DNA from: Thermoanaerobaculia bacterium
Lineage (GTDB): Bacteria > Acidobacteriota > Thermoanaerobaculia > Multivoradales > Multivoraceae
Direction: 5' to 3'
Length of the DNA: 64,000 bases
Assembly (NCBI GenBank): GCA_963664405.1
Contig: OY761158.1
Span: 1,792,001 to 1,856,000 of the forward strand
Part shown: piece by piece, positions 18,896 through 29,338 of the stretch
Position numbering within the stretch: position 1 is the stretch's first letter
Layout of the letters: every line of letters begins with the position of its first letter
Notes under the pieces: generated by a model
What the model saw: only the letters and a program-made list of their open reading frames with translations
Databases searched by the model: none
Told to the model about the DNA's origin: nothing
Position numbers and translations under genes: made by a program

Positions 18896-20299
18896 CTATC
18901 GTGGCCGGCTTTCGTCCCTGGTGAACTCAACCAGGGCTTCCATGGCGGCCGGGTTGAGGATCAGGTCGAAGTGGTCTCCTCGAACGTAGAGCGGCTCTCC
19001 GACGAGAGCTTCCTTCTCCTCGGGAGAAAGCCAGAGCTGACTGTCGACCGTCGCATGACCGTCGCCGAGCCCCGCCACTAGGTTGCGCAGTCTAGAGCTG
19101 TTCTTGACCGCGCTGTCACTCGCAAACAAGGTCTCCCATGCGCCCTTGCGCCCCCGCTGGAGGACGGCCCGGTCCGGCGTCAGCCGGTCCTGATCGTTCT
19201 GGATGAGGTAGTAGCGAGGCGGATTCGTCCAGCCGACATTTCGCTCGAGCAAGGCCTGAAAGCGCTTGGCTCGATCGAGGGCCCAGCGCAGGTACTCGAC
19301 CCTCTCGTCCTCCTCGCCGAAGAGCCCGGGTGCTCCGCTTCTCGCCAACCGTTCACGAGCCTTGGAGCTGAAGACGGACCACCCGTAGCGCAACCAGCTA
19401 TCTGCGTCATAGAGATCGACGGCAACACTCGCCCCATCGCCATCGACGAAAAGATCGCTACGGTAGCGGGGCAGATCCTGGAACAGCGAGGGGAAGGTGA
19501 AGAGTGTCTCAGGCTCCCATTTTCTTCCGACCATTGCCAAATAGTTGCGGCCGCGATCGAGCTCACGGAGGTTGCGGATGCTGCCACCGTTGGCGGTTCC
19601 GACGAGGATCAAGCGGCCGACTTCGAGCCCGCTGCGCGGCGGCGTATCTTGCGACTCCGCCTCTTCCAAAGCAGCTCCTCCGTACTTCGCCAGATAGCGG
19701 CACACATGGCCACCACTGCTCTGGCAGATGAGGGTGACCCTCAGCGTGTCTTGCGACCGTGCCCGGCGCAGCGCGTCGAGCCCTTCTGCCAATCGAGCGG
19801 CCGCATAGGCGTGATCCTGCCGCCAGTCCCAGGGAAAGAGAAAAAAGTCTTCGTGCGCTTTGGGGTCGCGCAGGTCGCCCCGGCGATAGCCCTCGCCTTC
19901 CAGAAGCCGGATGATAGGACCGTAGACAGGCTTGTGAATGACTCCCGCCAGCCGCAGCTCCTCGAGAACCGAGGAAGCTTCGACTCGAGAAGACGGGGAG
20001 ATGCGCAAGCCAAGAGGGCGGGCAAGAACATAGCCGCCATCGCGGGGTCTGAGGAGATTGGTGCCAACACCCCAGATGACGTTTCCTGTCGACTTCTCCT
20101 CGAGAACGCTGCCGGTCACCCCTGGCACGATAATCACCGGCGTACGCGTGGAGACTGCGCCGCCGAAGACGGCGGAGGCAAACAGAAAGGCCGCCGGCAG
20201 AACGGCACGCAGCCGACGGCATATCGGGGGTCGCTTCAGGAGATCCTCGACAAATGACACAGGGTCTCTCGTCGCCGTATGGCGCAACGCCGAGCACAA
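18896..20299 (-). CDS. Secreted alpha/beta hydrolase (LCAT/lipase-like)
   Basis: PVIIVPGVTGS.L, FPWDWRQD, CQSSGG nucleophile elbow, GDGHAT, DHFDL. Start probably downstream of the ORF start. Confidence 0.8.
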   Translation of the reverse strand: MCSALRHTATRDPVSFVEDLLKRPPICRRLRAVLPAAFLFASAVFGGAVSTRTPVIIVPGVTGSVLEEKSTGNVIWGVGTNLLRPRDGGYVLARPLGLRISPSSRVEASSVLEELRLAGVIHKPVYGPIIRLLEGEGYRRGDLRDPKAHEDFFLFPWDWRQDHAYAAARLAEGLDALRRARSQDTLRVTLICQSSGGHVCRYLAKYGGAALEEAESQDTPPRSGLEVGRLILVGTANGGSIRNLRELDRGRNYLAMVGRKWEPETLFTFPSLFQDLPRYRSDLFVDGDGASVAVDLYDADSWLRYGWSVFSSKARERLARSGAPGLFGEEDERVEYLRWALDRAKRFQALLERNVGWTNPPRYYLIQNDQDRLTPDRAVLQRGRKGAWETLFASDSAVKNSSRLRNLVAGLGDGHATVDSQLWLSPEEKEALVGEPLYVRGDHFDLILNPAAMEALVEFTRDESRPR

Positions 20300-20388
20300 T
20301 ATCTCAGTCGGGGCTCAGACACAGGATCCGAGCTCCTCCGCGTCGACTACAATCCTGTAGGCACTCGCTCCGTAGGAGGACTTCGCCA

Positions 20389-21726
20389 ATGCAACCGATT
20401 CATCAGCAAGCCGTCCACAGAATCGTCAACCTGATACCGGAACATCGCCGGCGGCCGCTCGACCGAACGCGGGAGGAGATCGACACCCTCCTGTTCTCGA
20501 ACATCGAGGAGCTGTCATCCATGGAGGGCTCGTTCTCGCTGGTGGCTCGAAGCGGAGTGAGAGTGAGGCTTGCCCGCAGCCTGGACCGCCCGATGCGCTA
20601 CTTCCTCGCCAAAGAGGCGGCAGGGCCCTACTTGATCGTCGCCGAGCGCATCGACCAGATCCAGCAGCAACTCACGGCAGACGGTCACGATTGGCAGTTT
20701 CACCCGACCTATACCCGCATGGTTCCGGCGCACCACATTACCGAGATCCTCCTTGTCGGTTGCCCCGACCCGAGTCCCGAATATCTTCGCTTCTTCGCCC
20801 CGGAAAAAGACACGCTCCCCGCGGACCCGCGGGAGATCGGACGACGCTACGTCACCGCGCTCTACGAGGAGGTCCGTCGGTGGGTAACGGGCCTCCCCAC
20901 CGAGGAGCCGGTCGGAGTCCTTTTCTCAGGCGGCATAGACAGTGGCGCCGTGCTGCTATGCGCTTACCGAGCTCTGCTCGCTTCCGGCGCGAGCGCGGCT
21001 CGCCTCAAGGCTTTCACTCTTTCTGTCGAGGGCGGAGGTGAGGACCTCGCACAGGCTCGCTCTTTTCTCGCGCGGACCGGCCTCGACTATCTCGGTGAGC
21101 CGGTCGAGGTACCCGCCGAGGCTATCGACCCGCTTCGAGCCGTCGAAATGATCGAGGACTACAAGCCTCTCGACGTCGAGTGCGCCGCGGTCAATATCGC
21201 TCTTCTCGAAGCCCTCCGAAAGCGCTATCCACAATGGCGCTTTCTGCTCGATGGCGACGGCGGCGACGAGAACCTCAAGGACTACCCGATCGAAGACAAC
21301 AAGGAGCTGACGATTCGAAGCGTGGTCTCGAACTCGATGCTGTATCAGGAGGGCTGGGGAGTCCAAGCGCTCAAGCACTCCCTGACCTACTCCGGTGGTC
21401 TCTCGCGAGGTTATGTGCGGACCTACGCTCCTCTTCGCCACTTTGGTTTCGAGGGCTTCAGCCCCTTCACTCGTCCGGCGGTGGTGCGGGTGGCCGAAGG
21501 GATCCCCTTTGCGGAGCTGACCGCGGGAGAGGTCGACGTTCTCTATCGTCTCAAGGGCGAGGTTCTCTCTCAGGGAATCGAGGAAGTGCTCGAGATCGAG
21601 ATGCCGGTCTACCCCAAAAGGCGCTTCCAAGAGGGGGCTACCGCCGATGCCGTCTTCAAGGCGAGTTTCGACGTCGACCCCGAGATCTATCGCCGCCACC
21701 TGCTCTCCCGCTATCAAGCCTTGTGA
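20389..21726 (+). CDS. Asparagine-synthetase-related ATP-dependent ligase lacking the N-terminal catalytic Cys
   Basis: AGGAGG RBS; PP-loop LFSGGIDSG, GDGGDEN, SPF, KRRFQ; truncated Ntn-like region (EGSFSLV, LARSLDRPMRYF). Confidence 0.88.
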   Translation: MQPIHQQAVHRIVNLIPEHRRRPLDRTREEIDTLLFSNIEELSSMEGSFSLVARSGVRVRLARSLDRPMRYFLAKEAAGPYLIVAERIDQIQQQLTADGHDWQFHPTYTRMVPAHHITEILLVGCPDPSPEYLRFFAPEKDTLPADPREIGRRYVTALYEEVRRWVTGLPTEEPVGVLFSGGIDSGAVLLCAYRALLASGASAARLKAFTLSVEGGGEDLAQARSFLARTGLDYLGEPVEVPAEAIDPLRAVEMIEDYKPLDVECAAVNIALLEALRKRYPQWRFLLDGDGGDENLKDYPIEDNKELTIRSVVSNSMLYQEGWGVQALKHSLTYSGGLSRGYVRTYAPLRHFGFEGFSPFTRPAVVRVAEGIPFAELTAGEVDVLYRLKGEVLSQGIEEVLEIEMPVYPKRRFQEGATADAVFKASFDVDPEIYRRHLLSRYQAL

Positions 21727-22682
21727 ATCCGGGGCTGTCACCGAAGCGAGTCCGCGCCCTTCGGCCCGCCCACTCGGCTCCCGACCCCTGGAAGATTCTC
21801 GGTACCGTCGAGGAACAGGAGCGCGGTCTCAGCGGAGCCCTGAGGTCGGCCGCGACTCTCTTCCTCGCCGGAGCGGAGTGTCCCTTTAGTTGCGTGTTCT
21901 GCGACCTGTGGCGCCATACGACTCCGTCATCGACGCCGGTCGGAGCCATTCCCGCTCAGATCCGCCAGGGCCTCGATAAGCTCAGCCGACCACCGCACAC
22001 TCTCAAGCTCTATAACGCAAGCAACTTCTTCGACGCAAGAGCGGTCCCGGTCGAGGACGACGAGGCAATCCTCGAGCTGCTCCAGGCGCCAAGACGTGTG
22101 GTGGTGGAGTGCCATCCACGCTTCGTCGAAGAGCGCGCTCTTCGCTACACAGCAAGGCTCTCCGGAACCCTCCAGGTCGCGCTGGGACTCGAGACCGTCC
22201 ACCCGCGGGCCCTGCGGCACCTTGGGAAGGGTGCGTCAATCGCGGACTTTCGACGAGCCGCGGCTCTTCTGTTGGCTGCGGGGGCCGAAGTCCGAGTTTT
22301 TCTCCTCATCGGAGCTCCGTTCATTCCAGCTGCGGAGCTCGAGAGCTCAGTCGTGGAGTCCGCCCGTTTCGCGCGCGACCTCGGCGCTCGACACATCTCG
22401 CTCATTCCTCTGCGAGGAGGCAATGGCGCGACGGAAGAGCTCGCAAGACGGGACGAGTACACGCCTCCCACTCTGCAACAGGTTGAGGGCTGCTACGACG
22501 CCTGCATGCGCCAGATCGAAGGACCGGTCCTCAGCCTTGACCTTTGGGATCTCGACCAGCTCTCCCACTGCCCCCATTGCTATGAGCGCCGGCGAGCACG
22601 CCTGCTGAGCATGAACCTCAGCGGCAGGCAAGAGGCAGATGTTGTTTGCGGCTGCGAAGATTCGATCGGAGTCGAGCTTTGA
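21723..22682 (+). CDS. Radical SAM protein, RaSEA/TIGR01210-like
   Basis: GTGA overlap; CPFSCVFC, KLYNASNFFD, VECHP, LGLETV, C-terminal CPHC...CGC. Confidence 0.85.
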   Translation: MNPGLSPKRVRALRPAHSAPDPWKILGTVEEQERGLSGALRSAATLFLAGAECPFSCVFCDLWRHTTPSSTPVGAIPAQIRQGLDKLSRPPHTLKLYNASNFFDARAVPVEDDEAILELLQAPRRVVVECHPRFVEERALRYTARLSGTLQVALGLETVHPRALRHLGKGASIADFRRAAALLLAAGAEVRVFLLIGAPFIPAAELESSVVESARFARDLGARHISLIPLRGGNGATEELARRDEYTPPTLQQVEGCYDACMRQIEGPVLSLDLWDLDQLSHCPHCYERRRARLLSMNLSGRQEADVVCGCEDSIGVEL

Positions 22683-24250
22683 AGGCCACCGTCGCCATCA
22701 TCGGGTCCGGCTTTGCCGGCTCGATCCTCGGCCGCATCCTCGCCGACCAGGGTCACCGTGTGCTGCTCTTCGAGCGGCAACGCCACCCGCGCTTCGCCTT
22801 GGGCGAATCTTCGACCCCTCTGGCGGCGCTCTCACTCGAACGCCTCAGCCGCGACTGGCAGCTCCGCGATCTCGACGCCCTCGCCGCCTATGGACGCTGG
22901 AACAAGGAGCTCGGCCATCTGCGTAAAGGCCTGAAGCGGGGCTTCACCTTCTACCAGCACACCCGTGGGAGCCCCTACACAAACGACGAGCATGACTGTC
23001 ATCGACTCCTTGTCGCGGCGAGCCCCAACCAAGAGATCGCCGACTGCCACTGGCTTCGAGCAGATGTCGACGCACACTTGGCGTCAGCCGCGGCAGCAGC
23101 GGGCGCGGAGCTCCTCGAAGAGGTCGAGATCACCGGGGTCGAGGCTCGAGGCGAAGGATTCAAACTGAGCTGGACAACTCGCGGCGGCCGGCTTCACACT
23201 GAAACCGCAAGTCATCTAATTGACGGCAGCGGTCGATCGGGAGTGCTCGGGACTACGTTTCCAGAAGCTAGAAGCACCCGGGTCGGGCTCGAGACAAGCC
23301 TCGTCGCCGGTCATTTCGGGGACGTCGCTCCCTTCCCGGACGTCGCTCGCGCCGCCGCAGCCTGCGTCGAGGATGGCCCTTATCCAGACGAGGCGGCCGC
23401 CGTCCATCATCTACTCGGAGACAGCTGGCTCTATCTTCTACGCTTCGACGACGGAACCAGTTCGATCGGCCTGGTTCGAGCTGCAACTCAGCCGCACGCG
23501 CCGGCGGTCCCTCCCGAAACCCTCCTCAGACGCGCGCTGGAGCCGTTCCCGACGCTGCACCAAGCCTTTGATCAGGCAAGACCAACAAGCCCAGTCGTAC
23601 ACTTGAACGTGCTCCCCTATCGCCGACTGAAGGCGGGCGGCTCGAGCTGGGCGCTCCTGCCTCACAGCTACGCTTTCTACGACCCTCTCTTCTCGACCGG
23701 GATCGCCTGGAGCCTGATCGCAGTCGAGCGCCTAGCCGGATGGGGACTGGAGCTCCGCGAGCACGGGAGGTCGGCTGCCGCGCAGACCCTCCGCCGCTAC
23801 TGCCACCTGATCGAGAAAGAAGCGGATCATCTCGAGTCTCTGATCACCACGGCTTGGCGAGCCCTACCCTTGTTCGACGACTTCGTGGAAGTCTGTTACC
23901 TGTACTTTGCCGCCGCAAGCTTCTCCGAGCTCCGTCAACGTCTCTGCCCCGAGCAGGAGCCGCTCGGAGGTTGGTGCTGGGACGGATTCCTCGGAACCAG
24001 TGATCCCTTGGTTTCGAAATGGCCCGAGCAAGTCTCGGCCTGGCTCCGCGAGTCACCGGCGACAGCTCCAGGGCGTCGAGTGCAGCCGCGACAACTCCGA
24101 GAGCTCATCGAGCCACGAAACCTAATCGGGCTCGGCGATCCGGCGATCGGGCGGCGAATCCCGCTCGATCTCGGATTGCTACGCCAATCGGCATCCAAAC
24201 TGGGTCTTCAGAAGACCACGATGGGCGAGCGCCTCAGCCGACTCCGATGA
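22679..24250 (+). CDS. FAD-dependent halogenase-like oxidoreductase
   Basis: TTGA overlap; GSGFAG, HPRFALGES, LKRGFTF, R...D..L, WLYLLRF, FYDPLFSTG. Confidence 0.85.
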   Translation: MKATVAIIGSGFAGSILGRILADQGHRVLLFERQRHPRFALGESSTPLAALSLERLSRDWQLRDLDALAAYGRWNKELGHLRKGLKRGFTFYQHTRGSPYTNDEHDCHRLLVAASPNQEIADCHWLRADVDAHLASAAAAAGAELLEEVEITGVEARGEGFKLSWTTRGGRLHTETASHLIDGSGRSGVLGTTFPEARSTRVGLETSLVAGHFGDVAPFPDVARAAAACVEDGPYPDEAAAVHHLLGDSWLYLLRFDDGTSSIGLVRAATQPHAPAVPPETLLRRALEPFPTLHQAFDQARPTSPVVHLNVLPYRRLKAGGSSWALLPHSYAFYDPLFSTGIAWSLIAVERLAGWGLELREHGRSAAAQTLRRYCHLIEKEADHLESLITTAWRALPLFDDFVEVCYLYFAAASFSELRQRLCPEQEPLGGWCWDGFLGTSDPLVSKWPEQVSAWLRESPATAPGRRVQPRQLRELIEPRNLIGLGDPAIGRRIPLDLGLLRQSASKLGLQKTTMGERLSRLR

Positions 24251-24289
24251 CCGAGCTCTCGGCCGGCGTCTGGCAGGGCCGCTTCGTCG

Positions 24290-25450
24290 CTAGCGATTCG
24301 TGCCCCGAAGCCGTCGCGACACCAGGCCGATGTCACGGTCGATCCGACGCCACTCCGAGCTGGTTGCCCGCGCCTCGATGACGATGGGGATTCTACGTTC
24401 AGCATCACAAGCATCGATGAGCCGGGCAAGGTGGTCCTCGAGGTAGGACAGATCAATGGGCTCCTCGGGGACCTGACGAAGAGAGGTCGGGATCTGCGCC
24501 ATCGAGGTCCGTAAGTCTGTGCAGACGGCGTCGACGTTCAACCCTCTCGATCCGCCACCCAACTGCAGCACCGAATGCCTCATCGGCGCCAGCGTGTCCC
24601 GGTAGAGATCCAACCACTGGGTCCAGCGAGCCATGCGGTTTCGACTTGCCCCCTGCTGAGCCTTCTCCACCTTCTGGCGCACAATCTTCGCCTGGTCCGC
24701 TTGGGCTTGGCGCACCTGGGATCCGACCACGGCTGGGTCGCGATCGAGTCGGTGAAGCCTGGCTCTATGAAGTAGGCCATGATCATCCCGCTTTTCGAGG
24801 TTGCCGGCCGAATTGATTACATAGTAATGACCGAGCTCGTCGCCGCCCTTCTCCTCCCAACGCAGCTCATTACCTACCCGGGTCGCTGCGATCTCGATCG
24901 CGAAGCTACCGCCCTCGCGATATAAGCGGTCCATGATGAGCTCGTCCCCATCTTGATAGACCGTAACCACCGAGGCAAAGGAAGTGTCGTCGATCCAAGT
25001 GCCGACGAGGTCTCTACTCTTGCGCGCCTGAGCGACCAGCTCGCGCTCCTCCAACCTCGTCAACCCGAGCAGGGTGACCATGAGCTCCGGCCGGTACTCG
25101 GCAGTGGCCCATGCACCCTCGCCCGGCTGCGTTTCGCTGAGATAGTAAGTAATGAAGGACCGGTCGCATCCCGATGCCTCACGCTCACGAAGCTCGTCCG
25201 ATGCCGCCTCCAACACATCTGTTGGGACCTTATAGGCGAGCCGGATGTCGGGGCTGCACCGCAGCGTAGACGGTCGATCGGCGTTGATTACTTCGAGCTC
25301 GAGGTCGCGAGGGACCTGGGGCCGCACCGGCCGTGGCGCCTCTGCTTCCTGGCAGCCACTGCCCACCACCAAGACAAGAAGCAGGAGACAGCCTTCAGCC
25401 CACCACCTGCGGGCTATCGGCGACCTCCTGTTAGACTCGATGACCTCCAC
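24290..25450 (-). CDS. Hypothetical lipoprotein
   Basis: Hydrophobic stretch ending VGSGC; 386 aa; no recognised domain. Confidence 0.7.
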   Translation of the reverse strand: MEVIESNRRSPIARRWWAEGCLLLLVLVVGSGCQEAEAPRPVRPQVPRDLELEVINADRPSTLRCSPDIRLAYKVPTDVLEAASDELREREASGCDRSFITYYLSETQPGEGAWATAEYRPELMVTLLGLTRLEERELVAQARKSRDLVGTWIDDTSFASVVTVYQDGDELIMDRLYREGGSFAIEIAATRVGNELRWEEKGGDELGHYYVINSAGNLEKRDDHGLLHRARLHRLDRDPAVVGSQVRQAQADQAKIVRQKVEKAQQGASRNRMARWTQWLDLYRDTLAPMRHSVLQLGGGSRGLNVDAVCTDLRTSMAQIPTSLRQVPEEPIDLSYLEDHLARLIDACDAERRIPIVIEARATSSEWRRIDRDIGLVSRRLRGTNR

Positions 25451-25534
25451 TCCGCAGCCTCCGCGCGACTCGCTGCCTCCCCACGCACCCTAAAGGCTAG
25501 CATGTCAAGCGTCACGAAACCGCCAGCAAGGAGC

Positions 25535-26431
25535 TCAACCGGAACAGGAGCCCGGCGATCGAGCGACGCACTCGAGCACGTTCATTGGGCCCATTCGATC
25601 GATCAGGGCTCGCTCATCATCGCTACGAGCCATCAGTGATCCCGCAAATCCAAGTGCGTTGACACCCAAAGTGTCTACGGCGGCGCTCGAGCGGGGAACG
25701 AGAAGCATCCACTCGCGTGTGAAGAGCAAGTTATGCGGGCCCGCGCGCCCGTGCGGCTGCGCCACCATCTCTCGAAGCAGACGGCGGTAGGCCTCGAATA
25801 GCGAAGCCGGCACTGCATCCGAGTCGCCAACCTCCGGCGGCGAAATCCTCTGTAGACGGTGGGCAAAAGGTAGCGCCGCACAGGTCGAGCTCCCGGTCTC
25901 GAGAGAAGACTCGAGCAACGCAGCCACCGGAACCGAGGAAGTGCCCTCGGCGAGTGGCAGCGGTACGACCTGGAGATGCTTATGTTGCTGGCTCGCGCCG
26001 GAGCCGGCTCCGGAGTTGTAGAAGACGAGTCCATTCATGCCCTCGAGACAGCTCTGCCCGGCTGCGAAGTCCTCGCGAGTGAGGAGCTCTTCCTGGTCCT
26101 CGAAGTCACGAGTCACCAGGAGAATGTGCCTATCGAGGACGCAATACTTGTTGAGTAGGCACACATGCGTAGGCGAGATATCGCCGATCAGGAGCCCTTC
26201 TTCGTAGGGAGGAAGAAACGGATTTCTTCGCTCCTGACTAGGAACAGCCGACAACTCCACCCCAGCTCGCGGCGCGACCAGTCTGCGAACAATGAAGTCG
26301 ACACCACGGTCATGGAGAATCTCGACCTCCGTCGGCAGCGGTTGAAGAAGACCGGTCGAGAGGGCTCGCCGCGATCTCTCGGTCACGAGGCTCCAGAGCT
26401 CCGACGGCCGCTGGGATCGATCTTGCATCAT
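25535..26431 (-). CDS. ATP adenylyltransferase / Ap4A phosphorylase (Apa2-like)
   Basis: NPFLP.E, LLNKY, FYNSGAGSGASQQHKHLQ, NLLFT.EWM.LVPR, NALGFAG. Confidence 0.9.
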   Translation of the reverse strand: MMQDRSQRPSELWSLVTERSRRALSTGLLQPLPTEVEILHDRGVDFIVRRLVAPRAGVELSAVPSQERRNPFLPPYEEGLLIGDISPTHVCLLNKYCVLDRHILLVTRDFEDQEELLTREDFAAGQSCLEGMNGLVFYNSGAGSGASQQHKHLQVVPLPLAEGTSSVPVAALLESSLETGSSTCAALPFAHRLQRISPPEVGDSDAVPASLFEAYRRLLREMVAQPHGRAGPHNLLFTREWMLLVPRSSAAVDTLGVNALGFAGSLMARSDDERALIDRMGPMNVLECVARSPGSCSG

Positions 26432-26634
26432 CGACAGAGGGATCCTGACTCAGCTCGTCGTCCGAGCTCGACGCAGCGGTGTCATCCTCTCACGCCCGAC
26501 CTCGAATCGTCGCTCTTGAACATTCTGCAGGCCTGTGGCAACGTCAGCAAGTTCATTTCCTTGTATGAAGAGCATCCGGTGGTCGAAATCGCCGTGCTCA
26601 GGGTTCTATGTCCGTGATTCGAGGAGGAGACCCC

Positions 26635-28269
26635 ATGCTGCCGCGTTTGCGGAGTTTCATGCTCTTGCCGAGCCTGGGCTTTGTCATCGCCTGCGCTGCC
26701 GACGAGGCGAGCCGAAAGCCTGTAAGCACTGTTCAGGTGTTCAAGAGCGGTGCACGTTTTCGTGGCACCAACGGCATCATCTTCGGCCCTCAGGGACGCC
26801 TATGGGTAGCCAGTGTCGTCACTCCCATGCTCGCCGTCTTGGACCCGGAGAGCGGCGAGCTGCTCGAGAGCTACGGCCCCGAAGACGGCATCAAGGGTCC
26901 CGACGACGTCGCATTCGGACCCGACGGGTCCGTTTACTGGACCGACATCAGCTACGGTGAGGTAGGGCGCCGAGCGCCGGACGGCTCGGTCACTGTCGTC
27001 GGTAGCCCTGGTCCGGGAGTAAACCCCATCACCTTCTCCGACGATGGACGACTCTTCGTCTCGCAGTGCTTTTTCGGAGACAAACTATTCGAGATCGACC
27101 CCCTGGGCAAGGAAGAGCCCCGTCTCATCACCGACCAGCTCGGGCCCGGCTGTGGGCTCAACGGCATGGACTGGGGCAGAGACGATTTTCTCTATGGGCC
27201 TCGGTGGTTCGCACGAGAGGTGGTGAAAGTCGACGTCGACACTGGGCAATTCGAAACGGTGGCGGCCGACTTCGGGGTTCCGGCGGCGGTCAAGTTCGAC
27301 TCGCGGGGTCGGCTGCACGTGCTCGATTCTTTGCGAGGGGAGGTCGTCCGCCTCGACGGCGACGAGAGGACCATCGTCGGGCGAGTGCCGGCGTCGAGCG
27401 CGGACAACCTCACCTTCGACGCCGAGGACCGCCTCTTCGTCTCCAGCTTCGGTGACGGATTCATCATCGAAGTCCTCGACGCTGAGACCAACCGAACAGT
27501 CAGCCCCGGCGGTCTCAATATGCCCGGTGGGCTGGCACTGTTGAACGGTCGCCTCTATGTCGCCGACTTCTTCGCCCTCCGTGGCCTGGACGCCGAAACC
27601 GCCGGGGAGCTCTACTCCGCCCGCGACATCATCGGTTTCTCAGACCTGGGCTCGGTCATGACCGTGGCAACCAGCGACGCTAACCTCGTGCTCACCAGCT
27701 GGTTCGACAATACGGTAAAGCTATGGGACCCGGAGAGCGATTCTCTGGTCGCCGCCTTCGAAGGCTTTGGCCGACCCATTCACGCTCTAGCATTCGACGG
27801 GGACATCGTGGTCACCGAGTACGACACCGGCAGTGTCATTCGCTTCGATCCGCAAGACCCGGAGACCAGAACCGCGATTGCAACCGGGCTCGAAGAGCCG
27901 GCGGGTCTGGCGGCTGCTGAGGGAGAATTGTACGTCAGTGACCGAGCCGCGGGAGCGGTCTTCCAGGTCATCCACGATGGCAGGCTGCTCACGCCGGCCA
28001 AGAAAGTCGCGGTCGAGCTGGCGGGGCCAGAGGGTATGGCCCTGGGCGCAGACGGTCACCTTTACGTCGTCGAGAGCGCGGCGGGCCGTGTCACCAGCAT
28101 CGAAACGGAAACCGGTGCGAGAGCTGTGGTGGCGGAGGGGTTGGAGCTCCACGTTCCGGCGCAGGGAGTTTTCCCGAGCACGATGCTCTTCAATGGCATC
28201 GCTCTGGGCGAAAATCACGCCTTCGTCACCGGCGACGTCCACAATCAGATCTATCGCATCGAGCGCTAG
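26635..28269 (+). CDS. SMP-30/gluconolactonase-like double beta-propeller protein
   Basis: GGAGG RBS; repeated PDD/PNG..F.PDG.LY.. propeller motifs. Confidence 0.85.
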   Translation: MLPRLRSFMLLPSLGFVIACAADEASRKPVSTVQVFKSGARFRGTNGIIFGPQGRLWVASVVTPMLAVLDPESGELLESYGPEDGIKGPDDVAFGPDGSVYWTDISYGEVGRRAPDGSVTVVGSPGPGVNPITFSDDGRLFVSQCFFGDKLFEIDPLGKEEPRLITDQLGPGCGLNGMDWGRDDFLYGPRWFAREVVKVDVDTGQFETVAADFGVPAAVKFDSRGRLHVLDSLRGEVVRLDGDERTIVGRVPASSADNLTFDAEDRLFVSSFGDGFIIEVLDAETNRTVSPGGLNMPGGLALLNGRLYVADFFALRGLDAETAGELYSARDIIGFSDLGSVMTVATSDANLVLTSWFDNTVKLWDPESDSLVAAFEGFGRPIHALAFDGDIVVTEYDTGSVIRFDPQDPETRTAIATGLEEPAGLAAAEGELYVSDRAAGAVFQVIHDGRLLTPAKKVAVELAGPEGMALGADGHLYVVESAAGRVTSIETETGARAVVAEGLELHVPAQGVFPSTMLFNGIALGENHAFVTGDVHNQIYRIER

Positions 28270-28343
28270 CCCCCCCTAAGAACTACTCGCCTGTCCGAAT
28301 TCTCGGACACGCTCCTAGCCCCAGAGAATGGGTCCCAGCGCTC

Positions 28344-29321
28344 CTAGGCCCCGAGCTCGACAGCTCGACCTACGACTTCGTCGGGGGTGATCGAGCCTGG
28401 TGCTTCGCCGTTTCTTGCCGCCTCGGCGGTGATCTCCTGTGCTGCCCGGTTGTAGGGGGTCGGCACACCATGGAGAGCGCCAAGGAGAACGATCTCCCCG
28501 TTCAAGTAGTCGGTCTCGACCGTGCCGGTGCCGCGAAGCAAACTCTGCCAGGTCGAGCCTCCCTGCCGCGGCACTCCTTCAATCTCCCCTTGTCCACTCT
28601 CCCGCCGGCAGTGCCTCAGGAGCTCGCGGGGTTGCATGTAGTCGATCCCGGCAGCCGCTAGACACGCCCGACCCTCGCGTCGAAGCTGCCTCGTCAGCTC
28701 CCCGGTTTCGGCCTCTAAACCGCACACAGCCTGCACTCCGTTGCCGACGTTCATCAGCAGCTTGCCGTACTTGAGGCGCATCACAGCTGGGTCAGGGAGG
28801 GAGTGGAGGCCCGACTCTTCGAGATCCGCGCATACAGCCTCGATAAGGGGATCAACACCGCTCGGGTAGCGACCGGCGTCGAGAGTTCCTCGTCTCGGCG
28901 TGCCGTTGAGAAGCACCACGCCCGCTTCGATGTAGGTCGCCGGCATCAGCACGAGCATTGCGTAGACGTCGGTCATGAAACGGGCCGCGAGCCTCTCTGT
29001 GAACACACCGTTCTGGGCAACGATCACCGGCAGTGCCTCCCCACCGCTGGCGCGAAGATCACGCAAGGCGCCTTCGCTATCCTGAGCCTTCATGGTCAAC
29101 AGAACAACGTCCCCTTGACGAAAGTCCAGCTCGCGGGGATGGGCGACGCTGGGGACTCTGAGACGGTCTTCGCAGTCGGGTGTGCGCAAAAGAAGACCCT
29201 CTCCCTGCAACGCCGCGAGGTGATCGCCGCGGGCAATGAGTACGACCTCTTTCCCCGCCTTGTGAAGCTGGCCTCCGATGCCCGCGCCAATGCCGCCGGC
29301 ACCATAAATGATGTATCTCAT
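28344..29321 (-). CDS. Ketopantoate reductase family protein
   Basis: MRYIIYGAGGIG, ARG.H, K.QD, QNG, KL..N, S.WQS, E.DYLNGEI. Confidence 0.9.
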   Translation of the reverse strand: MRYIIYGAGGIGAGIGGQLHKAGKEVVLIARGDHLAALQGEGLLLRTPDCEDRLRVPSVAHPRELDFRQGDVVLLTMKAQDSEGALRDLRASGGEALPVIVAQNGVFTERLAARFMTDVYAMLVLMPATYIEAGVVLLNGTPRRGTLDAGRYPSGVDPLIEAVCADLEESGLHSLPDPAVMRLKYGKLLMNVGNGVQAVCGLEAETGELTRQLRREGRACLAAAGIDYMQPRELLRHCRRESGQGEIEGVPRQGGSTWQSLLRGTGTVETDYLNGEIVLLGALHGVPTPYNRAAQEITAEAARNGEAPGSITPDEVVGRAVELGA

Positions 29322-29338
29322 CGCAGTGCGGACGCCTA

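Noticed and set aside
28290-28319. Palindrome TGTCCGAATTCTCGGACA followed by CGCTCCTAG between convergent genes
   Set aside because: It could be a terminator or an IS/MITE scar, but it is a single copy with no U-tract, so no call is supportable.
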